This document shows, in pieces, positions 15,001 through 30,000 of a DNA stretch of 64,000 nucleotides (within the stretch, counting starts at the first letter, position 1; the number at the start of each line of letters is the position of its first letter). The notes beneath the pieces are model-generated. The model did no database searches. It was not told the origin of the DNA and saw nothing but the letters and a program-made list of their open reading frames with translations. A program made the position numbers and the translations under genes. Where the stretch lies: contig OZ024755.1 in the NCBI GenBank assembly GCA_964016885.1, forward strand, positions 41,788,001 through 41,852,000. The letters are read 5' to 3'. This stretch comes from Eledone cirrhosa (Eukaryota).

Positions 15001-18000
15001 ATTAGTACAGACATGGAGTTAGGGAGGTACTGTTACCACATTAGTACAGACATGGAGTTAGGGAGGTACTGTTACCACATTATCACAGACAGGGAGTTAG
15101 GGAGGTACTGTTACCACATTAGTACAGACAGGGAGTTAGGGAGGTACTGTTACCACATTAGTACAGACGTGGAGTTAGGAAGGTACTGTTACCACATTAG
15201 TACAGACAGGGAGTTAGGGAGGTACTGTTACCAAATTAGTACAGACATGGAGTTAGGGAGGTACTGTTACCACATTAGTACAGACATGGAGTTAGGGAGG
15301 TACTGTTACCACATTATCACAGACAGGGAGTTAGGGAGGTACTGTTACCACATTAGTACAGACAGGGAGTTAGGGAGGTACTGTTACCACATTAGTACAG
15401 ACATGGAGTTAGGGAGGTACTGTTACCACATCAGTACAGACATGGAGTTAGGGAGGTACTGTTACCACATTATCACAGACAGGGAGTTAGGGAGGTACTG
15501 TTACCACATTAGTACAGACAGGGAGTTAGGGAGGTACTGTTACCACATTAGTACAGACATGGAGTTAGGGAGGTACTGTTACCACATTAGTACAGACATG
15601 GAGTTAGGGAGGTACTGTTACCACATTATCACAGACAGGGAGTTAGGGAGGTACTGTTACCACATTAGTACAGACAGGGAGTTAGGGAGGTACTGTTACC
15701 ACATTAGTACAGACATGGAGTTAGGGAGGTACTGTTACCACATTAGTACAGACAGGGAGTTAGGGAGGTACTGTTACCACATTAGTAGAGACATGGAGTT
15801 AGGGAGGTACTGTTCCTACATTAGTACAGACGTGGAGCTAGGGAGGTACTGTTACCCCATTATCACAGACAGGGAGTTAGGGAGGTACTGTTACCACATT
15901 AGTACAGACAGGGAGTTAGGGAGGTACTGATACCACATTAGTACAGACAGGGAGTTAAGGAGGTACTGTTCCTAAATTAGTACAGGCATGGAGTTAGGGA
16001 GGTACTATTACCACATTAGTACAGACATGGAGTTAGGGAGGTACTGTTACCACATTAGTACAGACAGGGAGTTAGGGAGGTACTGATACCAGATTAGTAC
16101 AGACAGGGAGTTAAGGAGGTACTGTTACCACATTAGTACAGACAGGGAGTTAGGGAGGTACTGACACCACATTAGTACAGACAGGGAGTTAGGGAGGTAC
16201 TGTTCCTACATTAGTACAGACATGGAGTTAGGGAGGTACTGTTACAACATTAGTACAGACATGGAGTTAGGGAGGTACTGTTACAACATTAGTACAGACA
16301 TGGAGTTAGGGAGGTACTGTTACAACATTAGTACAGACATGGAGTTAGGGAGGTACTGTTACTACATTAGTACAGACATGGAGTTAGGGAGGTACTGTTC
16401 CTACATTAGTACAGACATGGAGTTAGGGAGGTACTGTTACAACATTAGTACAGACATGGAGTTAGGGAGGTACTGTTCCTACATTAGTACAGACATGGAG
16501 TTAGGGAGGTACTGTTACTACATTAGTACAGACATGGAGTTAGGGAGGTACTGTTACAACATTAGTACAGACATGGAGTTAGGGAGGTACTGTTACAACA
16601 TTAGTACAGACATGGAGTTAGGGAGGTACTGTTACAACATTAGTACAGACATGGAGTTAGGGAGGTACTGTTCCTACATTAGTACAGACATGGAGTTAGG
16701 GAGGTACTGTTACAACATTAGTACAGACATGGAGTTAGGGAGGTACTGTTACAACATTAGTACAGACATGGAGTTAGGGAGGTACTGTTACAACATTAGT
16801 ACAGACATGGAGTTAGGGAGGTACTGTTCCTACATTAGTACAGACATGGAGTTAGGGAAGTACTGTTACTACATTAGTACAGACATGGAGTTAGGGAGGT
16901 ACTGTTCCTACATTAGTACAGACATGGAGTTAGGGAGGTACTGTTACAACATTAGTACAGACATGGAGTTAGGGAGGTACTGTTCCTACATTAGTACAGA
17001 CATGGAGTTAGGGAGGTACTGTTACCACATTAGTACAGACATGGAGTTAGGGAGGTACTGTTACCCCATTAGTACAGACATGGAGTTAGGGAGGTAATGT
17101 TACCACATTACTACAGACGTAGAGTTAGGGAGGTACTGTTACCACGTTAGTACAGACATGGAGTTAGTGAGGTACTGTTACCACATTAGTACAGACATGG
17201 ATTTGGGGAGGTACTGTTCCTACATTAGTACAGACATGGAGTTAGGAGGTACTGTTACCACATTAGTAGAGACATGGAGTTAGGGAGGTACTGTTACCAC
17301 ATTACTACAGACATGGAGTTAGGGAGGTACTGTTACCACATTAGTACAGACATGGAGTTAGGGAGGTACTGTTACCACATTAGTACAGACATGGAGTTAG
17401 GGAGGTACTGTTACCACATTAGTACAGACAGGGAGTTAGGGAGGTACTGTTACCACATTAGTACAGACATGGTGTTATGGAGGTACTATTACCACATTAG
17501 TACAGACAGGGAGTTAGGGAGGTACTGTTACCACATTAGTACAGACAGGGATTTAGGGAACTGTTACCACATTAGTACAGACATGGAGTTAGGGAGGTAC
17601 TGATACCACATTAGTACAGACAGGGAGTTAGGGAGGTACTGATACCACATTAGTACAGACAGGGAGTTAGGGAGGTACGGTTCCTACATTAGTACAGACA
17701 TGGAGTTAGGGAGGTACTGTTACCACATTAGTACAGACAGGGAGTTAGGGAGGTACTGATACTACATTAGTACAGACTGGGAGTTAGGGAGGTACTGTTA
17801 CTACATTAGTACAGACATGGAGTTAGGGAGGTACTGTTACCACATTAGTACAGACAGAAAGTTAGGGAGGTACTGTTCCTACATTAGTACAGACATGGAG
17901 TTAGGGAGGTACTGTTACCACATTAGTACAGACATGGTGTTAGGGAGTTACTGTTACCACATTAGTACAGACATGGAGTTAGGGAGGTACTGTTACCACA

Positions 18001-21000
18001 TTAGTACAGACAGGAAGTTAGGGAGGTACTGTTACCACATTAGTACAGACATGGTGTTAGGGAGTTACTGTTACCACATTAGTACAGACATGGAGTTAGG
18101 GAGGTACTGTTACCACATTAGTACAGACATGGAGCTAGGGAGGTACTGTTACCACATTATCACACACAGGTAGTTAGGGAGGTACTGTTACCACATTAGT
18201 ACAGACATGGAGTTAGTGAGGTACTGTTACCACATTAGTACAGACATGGATTTAGGGAGGTACTGTTCCTACATTAGTACAGACATGGAGTTAGGAGGTA
18301 CTGTTACCACATTAGTAGAGACATGGAGTTAGGGAGGTACTGTTCCTACATTATTACAGACATGGAGTTAGGGAGGTACTGTTACCATATTAGTACAGAC
18401 ATGGATTTAGGGAGGTACTGTTCCTACATTAGTACAGACATGGAGTTAGGAGGTACTGTTACCACATTAGTAGAGACATGGAGTTAGGGAGGTACTGTTC
18501 CTACATTAGTACAGACATGGAGTTAGGGAGGTACTGTTACCACATTAGTACAGACATGGAGTTAGGGAGGTACTGTTCCTATATTAGTACAGACATGGAG
18601 TTAGGGAGGTACTGTTACTACATTAGTACAGACAGGGAGTTAGGGAGGTACTGTTACCACATTAGTACAGACATGGAGTTAGGGAGGTACTGTTCCTACA
18701 TTAGTACAGACATGGAGTTAGGGAGGTACTGTTACAACATTAGTACAGACATGGAGTTAGGGAGGTAGTGTTCCTACATTAGTACAGGCATGGAGTTAGG
18801 GAGGTACTGTTACCACATTAGTACAGACATGGAGTTAGGGAGGTACTGTTACCCCATTAGTACAGACATGGAGTTAGGGAGGTACTGTTACCACATTAGT
18901 ACAGACAGGGAGTTAGGGAGGTACTGTTACTACATTAGTACAGACAGGGAGTTAGGGAGGTAATGTTACCACATTAGTACAGACATGGAGTTAGGGAGGT
19001 ACTGTTCATACATTAGTACAGACATGGAGTTAGGGAGGTACTGTTACAACATTAGTACAGACATGGAGTTAGGGAGGTACTGTTACCCCATTAGTACAGA
19101 CATGGACTTAGGGAGGTACTGTTACCACATTAGTACAGACATGGAGTTAGGGAGGTACTGTTACCATATTAGTACAGACATGGAGTTAGGGAGGTACTGT
19201 TACCACATTAGTACAGACATGGAGTTAGGGAGGTACTGTTACCACATTAGTACAGACAGGGAGTTAGGGAGGTACTGTTACCACATTAGTACAGACAGGG
19301 AGTTAGGGAGGTACTGTTACCACATTAGTACAGACATGGAGTTAGGGAGGTACTGTTCCTACATTAGTACAGACATGGGGTTAGGGAGGTACTGTTACCA
19401 CATTAGTACAGACATGGAGTTAGGGAGATACTGTTACCACATTAGTACAGACTTGGAGTTAGGGAGGTACTGTTACTACATTAGTACAGACATGTGGTTA
19501 GGGAGGTACTGTTACCACATTAGTACAGACATGGAGTTAGGGAGGTACTGTTACCACATTAGTACAGACATGGAGTTAGGGAGGTACTGTTCCTACATTA
19601 GTACAGACATGGAGTTAGGAGGTACTGTTACCACATTAGTAGAGACATGGAGTTAGGGAGGTAATGTTACCACATTACTACAGACGTAGAGTTAGGGAGG
19701 TACTGTTACCACGTTGGTACAGACATGGAGTTAGGGAGGTACTGTTACCACGTTGGTACAGACATGGAGTTAGTGAGGTACTGTTACCACATTAGTACAA
19801 ACATGGATTTAGGGAGGTACTGTTCCTACATTAGTACAGACATGGAGTTAGGAGGTACTGTTACCACATTAGTAGAGACATGGAGTTAGGGAGGTACTGT
19901 TACCACATTAGTACAGACATGGAGTTAGGGAGGTACTGTTACCACATTAGTACAGACATGGAGTTAGGGAGGTACTGTTACCACATTAGTACAGACATGG
20001 AGTTAGGGAGGTACTGTTACCACATTAGTACAGACATGGAGTTAGGGAGGTACTGTTACCACATTAGTACAGACATGGAGTTAGGGAGGTACTGTTCCTA
20101 CATTAGTACAGACATGGAGTTAGGAGGTACTGTTACCACATTAGTAGAGACATGGAGTTAGGGAGGTAATGTTACCACATTACTACAGACGTAGAGTTAG
20201 GGAGGTACTGTTACCACGTTGGTACAGACATGGAGTTAGGGAGGTACTGTTACCACGTTGGTACAGACATGGAGTTAGTGAGGTACTGTTACCACATTAG
20301 TACAAACATGGATTTAGGGAGGTACTGTTCCTACATTAGTACAGACATGGAGTTAGGAGGTACTGTTACCACATTAGTAGAGACATGGAGTTAGGGAGGT
20401 ACTGTTACCACATTAGTACAGACATGGAGTTAGGGAGGTACTGTTACCACATTAGTACAGACATGGAGTTAGGGAGGTACTGTTACCACATTAGTACAGA
20501 CAGGGAGTTAGGGAGGTACTGTTACCACATTAGTACAGACATGGTGTTATGGAGGTACTATTACCACATTAGTACAGACAGGGAGTTAGGGAGGTACTGT
20601 TACCACATTAGTACAGACATGGTGTTATGGAGGTACTATTACCACATTAGTACAGACATGGAGTTAGGGAGGTACTGATACCACATTAGTACAGACAGGG
20701 AGTTAGGGAGGTACTGATACCACATTAGTACAGACAGGGAGTTAGGGAGGTACGGTTCCTACATTAGTACAGACATGGAGTTAGGGAGGTACTGTTCCTA
20801 CATTAGTACAGACATGGAGTTAGGAGGTACTGTTACCACATTAGTAGAGACATGGAGTTAGGGAGGTAATGTTACCACATTACTACAGACGTAGAGTTAG
20901 GGAGGTACTGTTACCACGTTGGTACAGACATGGAGTTAGTGAGGTACTGTTACCACACTAGTACAAACATGGATTTAGGGAGGTACTGTTCCTACATTAG

Positions 21001-24000
21001 TACAGACATGGAGTTAGGAGGTACTGTTACCACATTAGTAGAGACATGGAGTTAGGGAGGTACTGTTACCACATTAGTACAGACATGGAGTTAGGGAGGT
21101 ACTGTTACCACATTAGTACAGACATGGAGTTAGGGAGGTACTGTTACCACATTAGTACAGACAGGGAGTTAGGGAGGTACTGTTACCACATTAGTACAGA
21201 CATGGTGTTATGGAGGTACTATTACCACATTAGTACAGACAGGGAGTTAGGGAGGTACTGTTACCACATTAGTACAGACATGGTGTTATGGAGGTACTAT
21301 TACCACATTAGTACAGACATGGAGTTAGGGAGGTACTGATACCACATTAGTACAGACAGGGAGTTAGGGAGGTACTGATACCACATTAGTACAGACAGGG
21401 AGTTAGGGAGGTACGGTTCCTACATTAGTACAGACATGGAGTTAGGGAGGTACTGTTACCACATTAGTACAGACAGGGAGTTAGGGAGGTACTGATACTA
21501 CATTAGTACAGACAGGGAGTTAGGGAGGTACTGTTACTACATTAGTACAGACATGGAGTTAGGGAGGTACTGTTACCACATTAGTACAGACAGGAAGTTA
21601 GGGAGGTACTGTTCCTACATTAGTACAGACATGGTGTTAGGGAGGTACTGTTACCACATTAGTACAGACATGGAGTTAGGGAGGTACTGTTACCACATTA
21701 GTACAGACATGGAGTTAGGGAGGTACTGATACCACATTAGTACAGACAGGGAGTTAGGGAGGTACTGATACCACATTAGTACAGACATGGAGTTAGGGAG
21801 TTACTGTTCCTACATTAGTACAGACATGGAGCTAGGGAGGTACTGTTCCTACATTAGTACAGGCATGGAGTTAGGGAGGTACTGTTACCACATTAGTACA
21901 GACATGGAGTTAGGGAGTTACTGTTACCACATTAGTACAGACAGGGAGTTAGGGAGGTACTGTTCCTACATTAGTACAGGCATGGAGTTAGGGAGGTACT
22001 GTTACCACATTAGTACAGACATGGAGTTAGGAAGGTACTGACACCACATTAGTACAGACAGGGAGTTAGGGAGGTACTGTTCCTACATTAGTACAGACAT
22101 GGAGTTAGGAAGGTACTGTTACCACATTAGTACAGACAGGAAGTTAGGGAGGTACTGTTACCACATTAGTACAGACAGGGAGTTAGGGAGGTACTGTTAC
22201 TACATTAGTACAGACATGGTGTTATGGAGGTACTGTTACCACATTAGTACAGACATGGAGTTAGGGAGGTACTGTTACCACATTAGTACAGACATGGAGT
22301 TAGGGAGGTACTGTTACAACATTAGTACAGACATGGAGTTAGGGAGGTACTGTTACAACATTAGTACAGACATGGAGTTAGGGAGGTACTGTTACTACAT
22401 TAGTACAGACATGGAGTTAGGGAGGTACTGTTCCTACATTAGTACAGACATGGAGTTAGGGAGGTACTGTTACAACATTAGTACAGACATGGAGTTAGGG
22501 AGGTACTGTTCCTACATTAGTACAGACATGGAGTTAGGGAGGTACTGTTACCACATTAGTACAGACATGGAGTTAGGGAGGTACTGTTACCCCATTAGTA
22601 CAGACATGGAGTTAGGGAGGTACTGTTACCACATTAGTACAGACAGGGTGTTAGGGAGGTACTGTTACTACATTAGTACAGACATGGAGTTAGGGAGGTA
22701 CTGTTACAACATTAGTACAGACATGGAGTTAGGGAGGTACTGTTCATACATTAGTACAGACATGGAGTTAGGGAGGTACTGTTCCTACATTAGTACAGAC
22801 ATGGAGTTAGGGAGGTACTGTTACCACATTAGTAGAGACATGGAGTTAGGGAGGTAATGTTACCACATTACTACAGACGTAGAGTTAGGGAGGTACTGTT
22901 ACCACGTTAGTACAGACATGGAGTTAGTGAGGTACTGTTACCACATTAGTACAGACATGGATTTGGGGAGGTACTGTTCCTACATTAGTAGAGACATGGA
23001 GTTAGGAGGTACTGTTACCACATTAGTAGAGACATGGAGTTAGGGAGGTACTGTTACCACATTAGTACAGACATGGAGTTAGGGAGGTACTGTTACCACA
23101 TTAGTACAGACAGGGATTTAGGGAACTGTTACCACATTAGTACAGACATGGAGTTAGGGAGGTACTGTTACCACATTAGTACAGACAGGGATTTAGGGAA
23201 CTGTTACCACATTAGTACAGACATGGAGTTAGGGAGGTACTGATACCACATTAGTACAGACAGGGAGTTAGGGAGGTACGGTTCCTACATTAGTACAGAC
23301 ATGGAGTTAGGGAGGTACGGTTCCTACATTAGTACAGACATGGAGTTAGGGAGGTACTGTTACCACATTAGTACAGACAGGGAGTTAGGGAGGTACTGTT
23401 ACCACATTAGTACAGACAGGGAGTTAGGGAGGTACGGTTCCTACATTAGTACAGACATGGAGTTAGGGAGGTACTGTTACCACATTAGTACAGACAGGGA
23501 GTTAGGGAGGTACTGATACTACATTAGTACAGACTGGGAGTTAGGGAGGTACTGTTACCACATTAGTACAGACAGAAAGTTAGGGAGGTACTGTTCCTAC
23601 ATTAGTACAGACATGGAGTTAGGGAGGTACTGTTACCACATTAGTACAGACAGGAAGTTAGGGAGGTACTGTTACCACATTAGTACAGACATGGAGTTAG
23701 GGAGGTACTGTTACCCCATTAGTACAGACATGGAGTTAGGGAGGTACTGTTACCACATTAGTACAGACAGGGAGTTAGGGAGGTACTGTTACTACATTAG
23801 TACAGACAGGGAGTTAGGGAGGTACTGTTACCACATTAGTACAGACATGGAGTTAGGGAGGTACTGTTCATACATTAGTACAGACATGGAGTTAGGGAGG
23901 TACTGTTACAACATTAGTACAGACATGGAGTTAGGGAGGTACTGTTCCTACATTAGTACAGACATGGAGTTAGGGAGGTACTGTTACCACATTAGTACAG

Positions 24001-27000
24001 ACATGGAGTTAGGGAGGTACTGTTACCACATTAGTACAGACATGGAGTTAGGGAGGTACTGTTCATACATTAGTACAGACATGGAGTTAGGGAGGTACTG
24101 TTACAACATTAGTACAGACATGGAGTTAGGGAGGTACTGTTCCTACATTAGTACAGACATGGAGTTAGGAGGTACTGTTACCACATTAGTAGAGACATGG
24201 AGTTAGGGAGGTAATGTTACCACATTACTACAGACGTAGAGTTAGGGAGGTACTGTTACCACGTTAGTACAGACATGGAGTTAGTGAGGTACTGTTACCA
24301 CATTAGTACAGACATGGATTTGGGGAGGTACTGTTCCTACATTAGTACAGACATGGAGTTAGGAGGTACTGTTACCACATTAGTAGAGACATGGAGTTAG
24401 GGAGGTACTGTTACCACATTAGTACAGACATGGAGTTAGGGAGGTACTGTTACCACATTAGTACAGACATGGAGTTAGGGAGGTACTGTTACCACATTAG
24501 TACAGACAGGGAGTTAGGGAGGTACTGTTACCACATTAGTACAGACATGGTGTTATGGAGGTACTATTACCACATTAGTACAGACAGGGAGTTAGGGAGG
24601 TACTGTTACCACATTAGTACAGACAGGGATTTAGTGAACTGTTACCACATTAGTACAGACATGGAGTTAGGGAGGTACTGATACCACATTAGTACAGACA
24701 GGGAGTTAGGGAGGTACGGTTCCTACATTAGTACAGACATGGAGTTAGGGAGGTACGGTTCCTACATTAGTACAGACATGGAGTTAGGGAGGTACTGTTA
24801 CCACATTAGTACAGACAGGGAGTTAGGGAGGTACTGTTACCACATTAGTACAGACATGGAGTTAGGGAGGTACTGATACCACATTAGTACAGACAGGGAG
24901 TTAGGGAGGTACGGTTCCTACATTAGTACAGACATGGAGTTAGGGAGGTACTGTTACCACATTAGTACAGACAGGGAGTTAGGGAGGTACTGATACTACA
25001 TTAGTACAGACTGGGAGTTAGGGAGGTACTGTTACTACATTAGTACAGACATGGAGTTAGGGAGGTACTGTTACCACATTAGTACAGACAGAAAGTTAGG
25101 GAGGTACTGTTCCTACATTAGTACAGACATGCAGTTAGGGAGGTACTGTTACCACATTAGTACAGACAGGAAGTTAGGGAGGTACTGTTACCACATTAGT
25201 ACAGACATGGTGTTAGGGAGTTACTGTTACCACATTAGTACAGACATGGAGTTAGGGAGGTACTGTTACCACATTAGTACAGACATGGAGCTAGGGAGGT
25301 ACTGTTACCACATTATCACAGACAGGTAGTTAGGGAGGTACTGTTACCACATTAGTACAGACAGGGAGTTAGGGAGGTACTGATACCACATTAGTACAGA
25401 CAGGGAGTTAAGGAGGTACTGTTACCACATTAGTACAGACAGGGAGTTAGGGAGGTACTGTTACCACATTAGTACAGACATGGATTTAGGGAGGTACTGT
25501 TACCACATTAGTACAGACATGGAGTTAGGGAGGTACTGTTACCACATTAGTACAGACATGGAGTTAGGGAGGTACTGATACCACATTAGTACAGACATGG
25601 AGTTAGGGAGGTACTGTTGCCAGATTAGTACAGACAGGGAGTTAAGGAGGTACTGTTACCACATTAGTACAGACATGGATTTAGGGAGGTACTGTTGCCA
25701 GATTAGTACAGACAGGGAGTTAGGGAGGTACTGTTCCTACATTAGTACAGACATGGAGTTAATGAGGTACTGTTCCTACATAAGTACAGACATGGAGTTA
25801 GGGAGGTACTGTTACAACATTAGTACAGACATGGAGTTAGGGAGGTACTGTTCCTACATTAGTACAGACATGGAGTTAGGGAGGTACTGTTACTACATTA
25901 GTACAGACATGGAGTTAGGGAGGTACTGTTACAACATTAGTACAGACATGGAGTTAGGGAGGTACTGTTCCTACATTAGTACAGACATGGAGTTAGGGAG
26001 GTACTGTTACCCCATTAGTACAGACAGGGAGTTAGGGAGGTACTGTTACTACATTAGTACAGACATGGAGTTAGGGAGGTACTGTTCCTACATTAGTACA
26101 GACATGGAGTTAGGGAGGTACTGTTACTACATTAGTACAGACATGGAGTTAGGGAGGTACTGTTCCTACATAAGTACAGACATGGAGTTAGGGAGGTACT
26201 GTTACAACATTAGTACAGACATGGAGTTAGGGAGGTACTGTTCCTACATTAGTACAGACATGGAGTTAGGGAGGTACTGTTACTACATTAGTACAGACAT
26301 GGAGTTAGGGAGGTACTGTTACAACATTAGTACAGACATGGAGTTAGGGAGGTACTGTTCCTACATTAGTACAGACATGGAGTTAGGGAGGTACTGTTAC
26401 CCCATTAGTACAGACAGGGAGTTAGGGATGTACTGTTACTACATTAGTACAGACAGGGAGTTAGGGAGGTACTGTTACCACATTAGTACAGACATGGAGT
26501 TAGGGAGGTACTGTTCATACATTAGTACAGACATGGAGTTAGGGAGGTACTGTTACAACATTAGTACAGACATGGAGTTAGGGAGGTACTGTTCCTACAT
26601 TAGTACAGACATGGAGTTAGGGAGGTACTGTTACCACATTAGTACAGACATGTAGTTAGGGAGGTACTGTTACCCCATTAGTACAGACATGGAGTTAGGG
26701 AGGTACTGTTACCACATTAGTACAGACATGGAGTTAGGGAGGTACTGTTACCATATTAGTACAGACATGGAGTTAGGGAGGTACTGTTACCACATTAGTA
26801 CAGACATGGAGTTAGGGAGGTACTGTCACCACATTAGTACAGACAGGGAGTTAGGGAGGTACTGATACTACATTAGTACAGACTGGGAGTTAGGGAGGTA
26901 CTGTTACTACATTAGTACAGACATGGAGTTAGGGAGGTACTGTTACCACATTAGTACAGACAGAAAGTTAGGGAGGTACTGTTCCTACATTAGTACAGAC

Positions 27001-30000
27001 ATGCAGTTAGGGAGGTACTGTTACCACATTAGTACAGACAGGAAGTTAGGGAGGTACTGTTACCACATTAGTACAGACATGGTGTTAGGGAGTTACTGTT
27101 ACCACATTAGTACAGACATGGAGTTAGGGAGGTACTGTTACCACATTAGTACAGACATGGAGCTAGGGAGGTACTGTTACCACATTATCACAGACAGGTA
27201 GTTAGGGAGGTACTGTTACCACATTAGTACAGACAGGGAGTTAGGGAGGTACTGATACCACATTAGTACAGACAGGGAGTTAAGGAGGTACTGTTACCAC
27301 ATTAGTACAGACAGGGAGTTAGGGAGGTACTGTTACCACATTAGTACAGACATGGATTTAGGGAGGTACTGTTACCACATTAGTACAGACATGGAGTTAG
27401 GGAGGTACTGTTACCACATTAGTACAGACATGGAGTTAGGGAGGTACTGATACCACATTAGTACAGACATGGAGTTAGGGAGGTACTGTTGCCAGATTAG
27501 TACAGACAGGGAGTTAAGGAGGTACTGTTACCACATTAGTACAGACATGGATTTAGGGAGGTACTGTTGCCAGATTAGTACAGACAGGGAGTTAGGGAGG
27601 TACTGTTCCTACATTAGTACAGACATGGAGTTAATGAGGTACTGTTCCTACATAAGTACAGACATGGAGTTAGGGAGGTACTGTTACAACATTAGTACAG
27701 ACATGGAGTTAGGGAGGTACTGTTCCTACATTAGTACAGACATGGAGTTAGGGAGGTACTGTTACTACATTAGTACAGACATGGAGTTAGGGAGGTACTG
27801 TTACAACATTAGTACAGACATGGAGTTAGGGAGGTACTGTTCCTACATTAGTACAGACATGGAGTTAGGGAGGTACTGTTACCCCATTAGTACAGACAGG
27901 GAGTTAGGGAGGTACTGTTACTACATTAGTACAGACATGGAGTTAGGGAGGTACTGTTCCTACATTAGTACAGACATGGAGTTAGGGAGGTACTGTTACT
28001 ACATTAGTACAGACATGGAGTTAGGGAGGTACTGTTCCTACATAAGTACAGACATGGAGTTAGGGCGGTACTGTTACAACATTAGTACAGACATGGAGTT
28101 AGGGAGGTACTGTTCCTACATTAGTACAGACATGGAGTTAGGGAGGTACTGTTACTACATTAGTACAGACATGGAGTTAGGGAGGTACTGTTACAACATT
28201 AGTACAGACATGGAGTTAGGGAGGTACTGTTCCTACATTAGTACAGACATGGAGTTAGGGAGGTACTGTTACCCCATTAGTACAGACAGGGAGTTAGGGA
28301 GGTACTGTTACTACATTAGTACAGACAGGGAGTTAGGGAGGTACTGTTACCACATTAGTACAGACATGGAGTTAGGGAGGTACTGTTCATACATTAGTAC
28401 AGACATGGAGTTAGGGAGGTACTGTTACAACATTAGTACAGACATGGAGTTAGGGAGGTACTGTTCCTACATTAGTACAGACATGGAGTTAGGGAGGTAC
28501 TGTTACCACATTAGTACAGACATGTAGTTAGGGAGGTACTGTTACCCCATTAGTACAGACATGGAGTTAGGGAGGTACTGTTACCACATTAGTACAGACA
28601 TGGAGTTAGGGAGGTACTGTTACCATATTAGTACAGACATGGAGTTAGGGAGGTACTGTTACCACATTAGTACAGACATGGAGTTAGGGAGGTACTGTTA
28701 CCACATTAGTACAGACAGGGAGTTAGGGAGGTACTGTTACCACATTAGTACAGACAGGGAGTTAGGGAGGTACTGTTACCACATTAGTACAAACATGGAG
28801 TTAGGGAGGTACTGTTACCACATTAGTACAGACATGGAGTTAGGGAGGTACTGTTCCTACATTAGTACAGACATGGAGTTAGGGAGGTACTGTTACCACA
28901 TTAGTACAGACATGGAGTTAGGGAGATACTGTTACCACATCAGTACAGACATGGAGTTAGGGAGGTACTGTTCCTACATTAGTACAGACATGTGGTTAGG
29001 GAGGTACTGTTACCACATTAGTACAGACATGGAGTTAGGGAGGTACTGTTACCACATTAGTACAGACATGGAGTTAGGGAGGTACTGTTCCTACATTAGT
29101 ACAGACATGGAGTTAGGGAGGTACTGTTCCTACATTAGTACAGACATGGAGTTAGGGAGGTACTGTTACCACATTAGTACAGACATGGGGTTAGGAAGGT
29201 ACTGTTACCACATTAGTACAGACATGGAGTTAGGGATGTACTGTTCCTACATTAGTACAGACATGGAGTTAGGAGGTACTGTTACCACATTAGTAGAGAC
29301 ATGGAGTTAGGGAGGTACTGTTACCACATTACTACAGACGTAGAGTTAGGGAGGTACTGTTACCACGTTAGTACAGACATGGAGTTAGTGAGGTACTGTT
29401 ACCACATTAGTACAGACATGGATTTAGGCAGGTACTGTTCCTACATTAGTACAGACATGGAGTTAGGAGGTACTGTTACCACATTAGTACAGACAGAGTG
29501 TTTGGGAGGTACTGTTACCCCATTAGTACAGACATGGAGTTAGGGAGGTACTGTTACCACATTAGTACAGACATGGAGTTAGGGAGGTACTGTTACCACA
29601 CTAGTACAGACATGGAGTTAGGGAAGTACTGTTACCACATTAGTACAGAGATGGAGTTAGGGAGGTACTGTTCCTACATTAGTACAGATAGGGTGTTAGG
29701 GAGGTACTGTTACCACATTAGTACGGACATGGAGTTAGGGAGGTAGTGTTACCACATTAGTACAGACATGGAGTTAGGGAGGTACTGTTACCACTTTAGT
29801 ACAGACATGGAGTTAGGGATGTACTGTTACCACATTAGTACAGACATGGAGTTAGGGAGTTACTGATACCACATTAGTACAGACAGGGAGTTAGGGAGTT
29901 ACTGTTCCTACATTAGTACAGACATGGAGTTAGGGAGTTACTGTTACCACATTAGTACAGACATGGAGTTAGGGATGTACTGTTACCACATTAGTACAGA

